Source of the DNA: Rhizodiscina lignyota
Taxonomy: Eukaryota
Length of the DNA stretch: 64,000 bases
NCBI GenBank assembly: GCA_010015805.1
Contig: ML978130.1
Location: forward strand, 124,001 to 188,000
Reading direction: 5' to 3'
The notes under the pieces were generated by a model. That model was not told the DNA's origin and did no database searches. It worked only from the letters and a program-made list of their open reading frames with translations. The position numbers were made by a program, and so were the translations under genes. Below are positions 24,601 to 35,723 of the stretch, in pieces. Each line of letters opens with the position of its first letter. Position 1 is the first letter of the stretch.

Positions 24601-27227
24601 CTGCGCAGAAAAGCAGACTATCACCCCTCGTCACGATGCTAGAGGCAGCTGTTCATCAATGCCAATCCCGGTCTGATTACGTTTCCGCGCAGCTTTACCA
24701 CCGCACGTTGCAACAACTGCGCAACATCTCAGCACCCAGCCTGACACGTAACGGATACGCTCCCCTCCTGAACTATTTCAGTCGTGGGCCGCGGGACTCT
24801 CTTGCGAAATGCGCCAGTGCAATTGAAGAGTTTGAGGCCTGGTTTGTCTGGCTCAAGCAAGCCCAAGAGCGATCCGATACGGTTGTAGAATCTTTAATGG
24901 GAGGCTTGAAGTCGTTCAGAGACAAAATGTGGTACACAACAGATGTCTGCCACAGTGCTGCTTACGAGGAGGCCAAGAATGTTGCAATGGCGCTGCGGAC
25001 CATGGGTCTCCCTCCCAAATCACAAGACTCCAAACAACAGCAAGCCAAGTCAAAGATTAACAAGACAACATCTAGCACATTCTTGCTCAAGCAAGAGGGA
25101 CAAGTCTTGGAGTTGATGGCCGCGTCAAACGACACGGCTGGACCGAATAAGCTTACCGATGAACAAAGCGAAAGAACCGCCAAATGGCTGTTGCAGTACG
25201 GCATTGAGAATTTCTGCAAGGGCGAAGAACGAATCCACCGGTTCTGCTTAGAGGTCGATCAGTGTGTCAACAAGCTTGTGGGAGACGGAATACTCGACGG
25301 ACCGGTCCTGTGGTCCAGCGAGCTATACCGCCGTGACAAGGACATCTTAGACAGCGGTCGAGAAAAGGGCGACTTGCTCCTAACTGGAATCGGATCTCTC
25401 AGTATCGCTGGTGAGGATGATGTGAAGCCGCAATCAAGGGCGCTGGATTTTGCAGCTCGGCCTAGCATGACTAATCTTCGCTCTGTAGCCGCACGCAACC
25501 CATCTCAGCAGAGCTTCGAGTCCGGAAAGTGGAGCTCTGGGAAGCCAACCGACTTGTTGGACTCCCAAGACTATTTTGGGACCTTGAGTCCAGTGCTGGC
25601 CATCGACTCAAGTGTGACTTTCTGGTCGCCTTATCAGGGCCAGACACCAACGCAATCTCTCAGCGCCGTCACCTCACCGACCATGCGACCTCGTACGAGC
25701 TCTTCGGCAAGGAGCTCAGTGATCATCCCTCCGGCCAACAAGAATAGCGATGACAAGAAGCGATTCCTCCTAGACTTGAAGCAGACATTGACCGGACTGC
25801 TTCTGAGCGATCTCGGAAATGTAGTCTTCAACAATGGTTGTGAGACTGACGCTTGGTTCTCTGGAGAGCTTGGGCAAGAGTGCATGTCTCGGAAAGAAGC
25901 TGATGATCGGCGACGTAAACGTATTGCTCGGAAGAAGAGTATGAAGGGTCTGAAGAGCGCCAAGGCAGCTGCAGAACGAGACCACGGAGAGAGCGCTGGA
26001 TCTGGAGTGGAGCCATCCACTGCTGAACTTTCGGCTTCTACCTCCAGTGATGCGACTGCTCGGAAGTCGGGTCTGACTGGTGCAAAGAAGCCTGTGCTTG
26101 AGTTTCCGTACAGCAGTGCATTCCAACGACTGCTGCATAAGTTTACCACCAATCCTAACCCGTTCTCTAAACTCCACGCACTCTATGAGTTAGAGCTTCT
26201 CATAGTCGCATCCCTGTCGACAAAGTCAAACAATCGCAATTACAGCAGCGGACTTTCTCGCCTTCCACCTGTACCGCAGAGCCCGACGCTAGGCGCCGTT
26301 CCAGAACTCAGCAACAGAGAAAGACAAACCAGTGTCCCAGTACAGCAGGCTCAGAACTTGGAAGACGTTATCGCCAATGTTGCAGAGAGACGAAGTGCCA
26401 GCATGGGCGGACACCAAGCAAATCAGGCACGCCAGAGCTCTAATCCAACGTCTCCAAGAGCTCGACCGGCTGACTCTGGGACAATGTCACTTAAGCCAGG
26501 ATCCACATCAGCTGCGCCAAGCACTGACATGATTGTTGAAGTCCTTCAAGGTCTATTCCGCGATGCTGAGATCCGGCCAAAGACACTCTTCAGGGACCTG
26601 CAGTACATTGCATCGTTTGTACCTGGGCAAATGCTTGATCGCACTCCGCGTGGCAAAGCATTCTGGGACGCAGGGCTCGCGGCCCTCGGTCTGAAGCAAG
26701 ATGTCTGTCGCGTGATGATTGAAATTGCGGACGACATTGTTGCTCTCAACACGGAAAGTCGCACCGGCCATGCTTCCACCTCTCCTCCTAAAGCGGTGGA
26801 GGATAGCGTGGCGGCTCCTTCAGGTACGGAGTCAACAGCAGTTGTGGAGGCGGTCAAGCCAAAGAAGGAATCCTCTTATGAGGCTCGCCTTGCGCAATAC
26901 TCCATGGCCGACGCCGCGAAGATGCTCATCATCACTGCCAAGGAGGGAGATGCGGTTGCGGAGCGTGAGCTGGCGATCTTCTACCTCACTCATCCAGATC
27001 TCCTCCCACGAACTCTGTTGCCATTGACAAAACCGAAGGATGTCTTTAAGGCTGAGTTGATTGCGCAACGAGAACGTGACCGGAAGAAAGGCGAGCAGGT
27101 GCTTGACCGTGCCGATCCGATGACCATGTGCGTTGCACACCACTGGATGGAATGCAGTAAGAAAGGTGGAGATCAGCTTGCGACGAAGTATTTGCGTGCA
27201 AGGGATGAGATTGAGAAGATACCTTAG
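21677..27227 (+). CDS. Large (~1800 aa) conserved fungal protein, possibly RasGAP-like N-terminus and VPS9-like C-terminus
   Basis: Exon 1 MSLSRPSSP (21677), intron ~21756-21846 joins in frame to ORF 21969-23354, short introns ~23280-23338 and ~23449-23497, then ORF to 27227; domain guess from FLSALRTDPEFLVQRL and RPKTLFRDLQYIASFVP..GKAFW. Confidence 0.75.
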
Positions 27228-28662
27228 TGCGTTGACTAAGTATCTGAGCCTCGCATCGTGGGCCGAGTCAGGTGTTTCAACGCTTTCATGTTTTTCAGTT
27301 CTCCATTGGCAGGTACCATACTGGTAGACTACCATCATGACTGGCGTATACGTTTTGTGAATAATTTACGTGTCTTTGGCGTCGGTCGCATTTACATAGC
27401 TTGATATACCCGATTGAATCTCTGAGAGACGTTTCTATGATTGATTCCAAGCTCCATGAACCTACTAATGGACTTTGGCTGTGCTTAAGGTAAGTCACCA
27501 ATCGCAAGCCCAAAATTCTTCCGCTCCTGCGATAAAAGTACAGCTCAAGCGACGACAAAGGCAGGGAGGCATTCGAGAAAATAATTGCGGACTAGAAATC
27601 GAACGACATGTCAAGAGTCGTCGAGCTGTTGGATATCAGGCTTCTATCTGCATTTAAACCTTGAATGGAGTAATTTTTCACACTCTGTTCCAACCATTGC
27701 TGATGGTGGATCCCGAGATCCGCCAGCTATGACGGTTAAAAAGATTCGAGGTATCTTCCAGATGCAATTTAAATGTGACCATCATAGCACTCATTCATCA
27801 TCGACTATGCGAACGTCCTTTTCCTTTGATCCAGTATGGATCGTGATCGTGATCGGCTTCACTACGGCTTCGGCCTGAAGCATTACATTTGCTCTCAAGC
27901 CTCCAATTCGAAACTCAACGCCTGAGCTGCCGTATATCAATCAGTCCTGTCTTCACAAGGTTCTCAAGTTGACTCACCCCACCATCGTCTTGGACCATTG
28001 TTTCAAGATGAGCAATACAATGAGGATGATAGAAACAAGGCTGAAGACTGTTTCGGCTGCCATGCTTGATATGAGTAGACTTTAATATACTGATAGAAAG
28101 GACATGCCAATCATGTGCTACAAAGCACAAGCTTCAGAAGGCTATCGCAGATATCGAGAACGACCTTTGGGCATTTTGGAACTCCTCGAAGAAACAGCTT
28201 GACTTTATCGTCTCAGCGTACTTTTACAGAAACACGGCTGGTGTTCACAATCATGTCAGCTAGCCATATTGAAATGGCCGACCAGCAGGCTGATTCCACA
28301 AATGTAACGGGAGCCATAGATCCGGACGCATGACAACTGAGTGGTTGAGCTGTACGTGTGGTTGAGAGAAGCTATTCTCTTTTGGGTGAGCCGGCCGCGA
28401 CATGGCGATATGTCGCCTTTCCGTGTGGGGCAGGCCGGCCAAAATATCTTGCAAATCCTCCCCCTTTTTGGACGACCGGCCAACTGAAAGGAACCAGCCT
28501 TGTCGCTGCGCGTCATAAAGTCACTCGACCACGTCGCTGAAAAGATGGTTTCATCTTCGGGATATTTTCATACCAGTCACCCCTCGACGATTGCCTCCAT
28601 TTGGCCCTCCTCAAGGGCACTGTGGGCTCATCGAATGCCTTTGCCCAAGTCCCACATTCGGT

Positions 28663-31114
28663 ATGGACGTTTTCATGGGAGACCCGGGTACGACAGCATC
28701 CCTTACACATGAAGACCACGACGATTCCTTTATGGATATTGCCACATCCGATAACCTACCAGAATGGGATACATCGTGGACTGATGGATATGTTTCCCCG
28801 GACTTGGAATGGGCAACGAATGTGAGTACATTTAATGGCTATGCAAAATGTATCTACGAAATATCTTGGAATACAAAATTAACCTCATTCAGTCTCAAGG
28901 AAGTTTAGAGCCAATCGTAGGGATGACGAGAAATGCCGCATTTGCGGATTTCAGTGGCCATCACCATGCTTCGTATTCCGTGACCGACCTTCCGGTCGAC
29001 TGGGATATTTTCTTTGAGGGGCCATTTCATCGGCGAGAAGCTACTAAGGTGGCTGATTCAGGTGAACACATGCTACGGCCCTTGTTAAACATTTCCCATG
29101 AGAAAGGACAACAGCTTGGGATACTTAGAGAGCATTTCTCAATGCACTCGCACGGAGGAACATTGGAACGGCAACCTTTCAAACCAACCTTAGATTTCGC
29201 ACCCCCGCTGAAGGAAGAGCATTGTCCTGTGCCATCGGTTGTGCATCAGCACATCTCTAGCATGCTAAATCCTATTACCAGCAGTGCTAACATGCTTTCT
29301 CCGACCTCGAATGAACTCCAGTCCGGGCTCAGTGCTTCGCAAAAGGACGAAGTATTTTTCAACAAGCCTGCGGTCAGTAGCCCACCCATACGTCAGTCTA
29401 AGAAACTATCTATGCGGAGGCGGACCTCCGAACGACCTCCTGCAAAATCATTCCTCAACACTAGAGGATGCCCTCGGCATCTGCGCGAGCAACAAATACC
29501 AGGCTATCGATGTTTTGATCAGTGGAATGTGTCCCCTACAGTGACAGCGCCCTTGAAGCGGCGTCGGATGACGACGACGCAGAGAGATCGTACGCGAGGA
29601 GTGAAGAAGAAAGGTCCTTGTTTGCGCTGCCGATTGTACAACCTCAGCGTGAGTATTGGAAATGCATTCATGTTTTGAAAGATACGATACTGACCAGCTT
29701 AATTTGCAGTGCTCTGTGGGTAGGCCGTGTTCAACGTGTGCGGAACTAATCGCACACACAGACAGGAGCCGTAACTTACAATGGGCGGAATGCATCTCCT
29801 CATCTCTGGAAGACGTGAATATCTTTACACAGTGTGAGTGAAGATTGTTGCATTATCATAGTATTTGAATAACTAACGCAGGCGATTCAAGGTCTTACTA
29901 TTGCTGGAGAAGTCCAAGTGTCCGAGACTGTGCCCCTTTGCGGGGATGATCAGGTTTTACGTGATTGCATGCCATTACTGCGCTGTCTGGTCGAACAAAA
30001 TAGCTGGTGGAGTCCGAATTTATCGGTAATCTTTGATGGGCCTCTACGTCAGCATTTGGCATTGAATCCATACCTTGTGCTCGCGGACGACAAGCTCTTC
30101 TTCGTGATGGAGAAAAGCTTCTTCTCACACGAAGCAAAGTCCGTCAACGTATCAAGCATTTGTTACATTTCGAAAGGACCGTTCACGATTACGGAGGAAT
30201 TGGCAAAGCATTACGAAGCTTCCGGTGCTGCCGCGCGCCTTCGAGGCCTGAAGACTCTTTGGAGGTCATGGTGTGCGCATATCGGCTTCGTGGCTATTCA
30301 AAAGGCACTCAGACGGCGAACCCTCCAGCGACTCTCCAGATCACACCGGATCAGATTATTGGTCTGCCTCATCAGCCTGTTAAAGACTGTTCACGAGCTA
30401 AAGTCTGATCTCGGGAATCGATGGGCCTTCATAAATCCGCTGACAGCTAAGTTCTTGTCACCTTATCAGCAAAGGTTTGAAAGCATGCGAGCTCATCTTG
30501 TCAAGATGCTATCATATTACGCTCGCTATCTCGCTTCTCAATCCTTTTCATCCGAGTCTCCAATCCACAACTGCTTCGTAGGTTCGAACGCTGGAATGTC
30601 GGTATCTTTTTCGATCTTCTCCGCATTAGACAAGGAAATAGGTCGACTCCTAGAAGATGAGAACAGGGCTTTGTCAAAAGAAGCGTACCATGCAGCAAAT
30701 TTTGCGACGCTGAAGATTATTTTTGCCGATACAACACCACAATACGATATGCCAGGTATGAGGGACCCCTCAGTGTCGGCAGGACATCAGCGCTCACAAG
30801 AGGACTTTACTCATCTAGAGTATAGCCATCAAGTGGAGAGATTGTCCATCGCACTCGCAGGATGCTCCCTTGATGACACTGCCAAAGAAGAGCCACTTCC
30901 GCTGTACGAGACCTTAAAATATTGCGATGGTAAGATAGCTCCTGCATGTAAGATCCTCGCACCGACTTCGCAAGACCAACGCTCCAACATATCAACTACG
31001 TATGACGCGATCAGCAACGATCAGTGTTTGAATAGCACAACCGCACAGTCCATGGGCGCCGTTGAAAAGGTCATACCTGGAATATTATCTTGGGTCAAGG
31101 CGAACGCATCATGA
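28663..31114 (+). CDS. Putative transcription factor with a central atypical Zn(II)2Cys6-like cluster
   Basis: Basic region KRRRMT..RGVKKKGP then CLRCRLYNLS|CSVGRPCSTC..QWAEC across intron 29649-~29709; other introns ~28822-28891 and ~29834-29891; start codon uncertain (28253 possible). Confidence 0.65.
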
Positions 31115-31530
31115 CACGACAGCACAGCATTTTAAGCGAATCGGTGCAGATAATAAACGGAATCGCATTTGACTCAATAAAGACGTCCCAGGGTCGATCA
31201 GCAGAGACACGAAGCTTGGCCAACTGGTTAGTGCAGGGAGCACACAGCGTGTGGATGGTGAATTGTAGGCGATTGAGCCCACTTTACTATCCGACATCAT
31301 GAGTACACATACTTCGACCGAGTCCATACGATAACGAGCGTCTGATATATGCTCTTGCCCCATATCCATGCAGACATTGATAGCTTTGATTGGTACACTA
31401 GACGAATCGACTAAGGATTTGAGCCCCATACTACCGTGCGGCATCAATCGACTCTGAACAAGTTTTAGCAATGCTATGTGATATCGAGTACTGGTGGCCT
31501 AGAACTTACGCTACTGGATGGCTCTTGCAA

Positions 31531-31887
31531 CTACCAGTCGGTCTGACCGCGCCTCCAGTCCGTTTGGCCGCGCTTCTCTTCCACTTCACGCTTCCAATCT
31601 GTCTGTCCTCGCTTCTCATCCTCCACTTCACGCCTCCAGTCAGTCTGGCCACGTCTCCAATCTGTCTGGCCTCGTTTCCAGTCTGTCTGACCTCGCTTCA
31701 CATCTGTCTCAGGATTGCGCTTCCAGTCTGTTTGACCACGCTCAACCAGCTCGGCAGCATGGTTATTAAAGCTCGGAAATTCGACTTTCCTTGTGCCCAT
31801 AGAGAGAGAGTCAAGCTCTGACACTGGGACTCCGTTGGCTGCAGTAACGAAAAATGCCACGACCACAGAAGCGATGATGAACCGCAT
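31531..31887 (-). CDS. Kex2-processed repeat protein (KEP): secreted precursor of 7 x GQTDW peptide
   Basis: Hydrophobic signal peptide MRFIIASVVVAFFVTAANG, pro-region ending LVER, seven GQTDW cores separated by KR/RR, acidic spacers NPETDV, EVEDE, EVEE; last core ends at the stop codon. Confidence 0.92.
   Translation of the reverse strand: MRFIIASVVVAFFVTAANGVPVSELDSLSMGTRKVEFPSFNNHAAELVERGQTDWKRNPETDVKRGQTDWKRGQTDWRRGQTDWRREVEDEKRGQTDWKREVEEKRGQTDWRRGQTDW
31534..31737 (-). repeat. Coding tandem repeat, seven 15-nt units GGN CAR ACN GAY TGG
   Basis: Units: GGTCAAACAGACTGG, GGTCAGACAGACTGG, GGCCAGACAGATTGG, GGCCAGACTGACTGG, GGACAGACAGATTGG, GGCCAAACGGACTGG, GGTCAGACCGACTGG. Confidence 0.95.
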
Positions 31888-32616
31888 CTTGAATTTGTAT
31901 TAATCAACAGTGGCGGTGAGCTTGGCAATTGAGGAATTAAGTTGAACGATAGAACCCGAGAAGAATAGAGCTGTGAGAAAAGTCTTTGTTCCGCGGCCTG
32001 TGAAGAGCGCAACCTCAACCTCATATAGTTTTCCAACTCTAAGATCTGAGTCTCCTTTTACTTCAAACTTTCATGTTTTCTAGTGTGTGTAATCAAGTTG
32101 TCCATTTCCCAAGGAGCTTATCGCAAGACTGAGTAATATGATTATTCTCTTTTCCATCAGGATCGATCAACCCAACACAAAGCCCTGTCGTTTTATATCT
32201 GATGCCAGGAAATCATGCAGTCTGATCTCTCATCGGATCGGGGTGCTACCACCGAGGGGTCTTCCGCAGCAGAACCGTTGGTCATGAATTGAATAGTGGA
32301 GATAAAGGTAGCTTTTTGACTATCGCATTCGCGTGTCGGGTGTCTTTCATGAGTGTGGAGTTATGGAGCTTTATCCACTCATCCTTACAGATCCATTTGC
32401 GGCTCGAATGGGTATTAGTGGATCCGAAGGATTAAGTCTGATAATACAAATATACTGTCGCGTCTCATAGCAAGGAGTTTCATCAGGAGGAAGGTAAAAA
32501 AACGGCTGGCTTAATCGGCTCCACCTGAATCCAAATATTCTAGACGTGAACCAACATAATCGATCTAAAAATACGGTCTATTTGCTTTCAGCGCAGTTCA
32601 GTCGAGCGGCCTCGTA

Positions 32617-33621
32617 TCAATAATCTGGTTTGCGAGCGGATCCGACACTCTCACCCTTTGCCAACCTTCCCCGGTTCAGGTCAAAGTTGTCCTTTGGCGC
32701 TTCGTGCTCCACGCTCTTCCACATCTCATCAATAAGCTGCACACTCTTCTCGCTCAGCGGCCCCTTCTTGATCTGTTCGAGCGTCTCCCGCAGCTGAGCT
32801 GGACTGGTCGAGCCGATGATGATGCCATCGCCAAATTCGTTCTTCAGCGCGGAACTGCATGCAACCCAGCGATTTGCCAGCTCCGCCTTGGAACATCCTT
32901 CGTTCTCAGCGATGTTTTCCCATTTCTCAAGAGCAGCGATCATTGATGGCTTCATGTAGAGGCCGGAATACAACTCGCTCAAGCCGATGGCAGTATTAAA
33001 GCGGCCAGCGCCTTGTAGCACTTGGTCCTTCGTTTTGGTAAGAAAACCCCCGCCCAATGGGCTGTAACCATAGAATGACATATTGAATTCTCTAAGCATC
33101 GGAAGCAAATCCGTCTCGATGTGGCGCGCAATCGCACTGTATGTGCCCTGGTAGACGCTCGGAAGGACGTAGCCGTGTTGTTTGCAATGATCATATACCT
33201 CTCGGACTTCCTCCGGAGTGTGATTTGAAACACCGAAGCGCTTGAATACGCCTTCCTGGTAGAGTTGATTGACAACTTTCAATGATGCATCCAACGGGAC
33301 GGAGGCGTCGGGTGCGTGGAAGTACATGACCTCTATTTGCTTTGTGTTGAGCTTCTGTAGAGATTCTTTCGCTGATTCTACCATGGCACCTGCTTCGAGC
33401 GAACCCGGTGTCCATCCGCCAGGCCATTTTGTGTCGATGGCGAATCGTGATGCTGCGTTCTCTCTGCCGAGAATCTCCTCGCTCTTGCCGTACAGCTGAG
33501 CGGTGTCGATCGTGCCAACTCCGTACTCTTGGAGAATTTTGAACCTTTCTTGCACAATCTCCGTAGACGTGTCTTTCAGAAAGGCTCCACCGCCGCCCAT
33601 AATGATCTTAATGTGAGACAT
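32617..33621 (-). CDS. Aldo-keto reductase, AKR7 / aflatoxin B1 aldehyde reductase-like
   Basis: IDTAQLYGKSE, IDTK, YFHAPD, FKRFGVSN, PSVYQGTYSAIAR, YSPLGGGFL; intronless. Confidence 0.92.
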   Translation of the reverse strand: MSHIKIIMGGGGAFLKDTSTEIVQERFKILQEYGVGTIDTAQLYGKSEEILGRENAASRFAIDTKWPGGWTPGSLEAGAMVESAKESLQKLNTKQIEVMYFHAPDASVPLDASLKVVNQLYQEGVFKRFGVSNHTPEEVREVYDHCKQHGYVLPSVYQGTYSAIARHIETDLLPMLREFNMSFYGYSPLGGGFLTKTKDQVLQGAGRFNTAIGLSELYSGLYMKPSMIAALEKWENIAENEGCSKAELANRWVACSSALKNEFGDGIIIGSTSPAQLRETLEQIKKGPLSEKSVQLIDEMWKSVEHEAPKDNFDLNRGRLAKGESVGSARKPDY

Positions 33622-35007
33622 GCTGTTGGTGTGGTTAAGCGACGATAGCAAACGGGGCGGAAGGATTCAGTGCCTGCGATACAACCAGACGCTGTTGGAT
33701 GAATACAAAAGTCGACTGACTGGTGCTGGGATGTTCACTCGCTCTCTTAACTTTCGGGATCTTATTTTCAGTCTGCTGAAGAAAATTCGGAGCAAGCGAC
33801 ATTGCCCGTTCGGGAGTCACGTAGCCGTCGGGCGTGTCGAAATGCGGAAACATATGCTCCGACCGTCGGAGCGGGACATAGTATCTACCTAACCTCCATG
33901 ATGCACCCGGTCCTATTTATTCAGTGAGTTCAAGCTATTTTACGAAAGAAAAAGTATAGTTCTCTGAAGAGTGGACAAGATGAACGGTGTTTCACCTCCA
34001 AAGATCGCGCCCGTCGTATCATGGAATTCTTGCAGTGGAGGCCCGATGAAAGCCCGGATATTAAGTCATCTAACACACTACGGAGCACCAGCGATATGAT
34101 ATTGAAATCATTTAAGGGGGCAATATTGAGACCTCTTTCTCTTTCACTCGGATATATGCTTGGTGGCTCAAGTAGGATGCCACCTTCAAACAATCGTGGC
34201 CTTTGCGAGAAGCCTCAAAATTCTGGTACTAGTGAGTTTTCCAGGACAGAGTCTGAGATGCAGCTACGCGACAAAATGGGTTTGATTATACGTGGAGTCT
34301 GCTTGTTCATTTCCTCTGACTTGGACAATTTCGTATATGCTCTTCTCATAGCTTCTTCATTGTGGATTTTGTCACTTTCTGTTCTTGGACGAACGTACCG
34401 CACACAGAACCATTTCCGGCTTTAGTTTCCATATATCTTTGTGTCTCATCATTCTAGCCGCTGCTGCACTATCGTTACTCAGACATACAATAGCCTACTC
34501 GTGGTGCTTCACTCATTTTAGCGACTTCTCACAGTCCACGCGAGTCATGCATCATCTGCTAATAACTCCGAGATCACGCAAATGTATCAAGCTCCTGCAT
34601 ATTTCGTACTCAGTGGCGATCCGCTGCTGTATAAGGGTAGATGAGACTAATGTTAATTCTAGGATCACGCTAATCACTACTGTACTCAATAGGGCAGCAA
34701 AAGGTGAAGGTTCAGGCCATTGAGCAGCGAGGATAACCACCCCCTTGACCCTCTGCCATAAACCCTTAATCAGGTTGTCAAAGGTTTGTATTCTCGTCGA
34801 ATACAATCACAAGAACATATCGCAGAACTTCTAAGCAATGTCTTGATTACCTTGAAGAGTAAGAAACCCTTATCCTGAAGCATTACATACCGATTCACTC
34901 ACCCAATTACCCCGTCGCAGCCAGGCTCGGAACCACCTCCTTCTCAACTCCCCGAGGATTAGCATTTCCGCAATACCGACAAATTATCGGGCTGATGATT
35001 CTCGCCA

Positions 35008-35560
35008 TTTAGCCCTTAAGTCAGGAAGTGTCGTAGTTGCGGAGAGTTTTGGGCCGATTCTGAGAAGCGCGGCCTTTGTGCCGTGGCAATTATTAACCAC
35101 ATCACCCTTCAAAACTGTGGCGCCCAACGACGCTCAAGCGTGAGCAAAATGTCGCGCAATAGCTGCTCAGACTGCTAGGATGTATATGCTCTTCAATGAA
35201 TAAAGGCTAAGTTTAACAAGCTGCTCATTCTGAACAATCACACCCCGAGACACGTCGAGCCAGACTTCCAAGGGTGCTCCCGCTTGCCTCGAAGAGCAAA
35301 TCGCATTGACGCCACTCTCTTGAGCGCCGTGGAGATCAACTATTCTGCCAACGAGATTCTCGAGGCAGCAATTTCTTTTTCTAGACCATCTGCCGACATG
35401 TAACGCGCATTTTGAGTTTATCCTAATTACCGCGTGGTGATCGAGCAGTTTGGATAGGACCCACTCAATTTAGCCTGAGGGCAGCTGTGCATTGCATTGG
35501 CGACCCCAGCTTCCCCAGATTCTCCACGCAGGGTATGGCAAGTTCCACTTGAGGCCCCGC
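35008..35560 (-). promoter_or_regulatory. XlnR-type and CreA-type motif cluster upstream of the sugar transporter
   Basis: GGCTAAA (minus) at 35008-35014 and 35469-35475, GGCTAA (plus) 35205-35210; SYGGRG (minus) at 35504, 35513, 35522 and 35555. Confidence 0.5.
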
Positions 35561-35723
35561 AAGCTCCCCGGTGTTGGTACATAAGGAGGAGATATGTATA
35601 TCTCCCGAAACAATTGCAATCCAATGGCACGCTTCTAATCTGATATATCTGCGTTTCCACAATTTCAAACATACATTGGATTCTGATTTCTTCGAATCTT
35701 CCTTTCAGAGAGTACCAGCCACG

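Noticed and set aside
31471..31821. Plus-strand ORFs with repeated PVxL / ASSxxG motifs
   Set aside because: Antisense shadows of the GQTDW precursor; only the minus frame has a signal peptide, dibasic sites and purely synonymous variation
31531..31887. GQTDW repeats as a CRISPR array or as the alpha-type mating pheromone
   Set aside because: Eukaryotic coding repeat with no unique spacers or cas genes; the core is too short and lacks the Cys/GxP pattern and Ste13 dipeptides of known Pezizomycotina alpha pheromones
33930..34806. Fragmented ORFs between the AKR and the transporter
   Set aside because: Possibly a decayed gene, but no identifiable family; no HxxHC (DUF3328) motif seen in the listed ORFs
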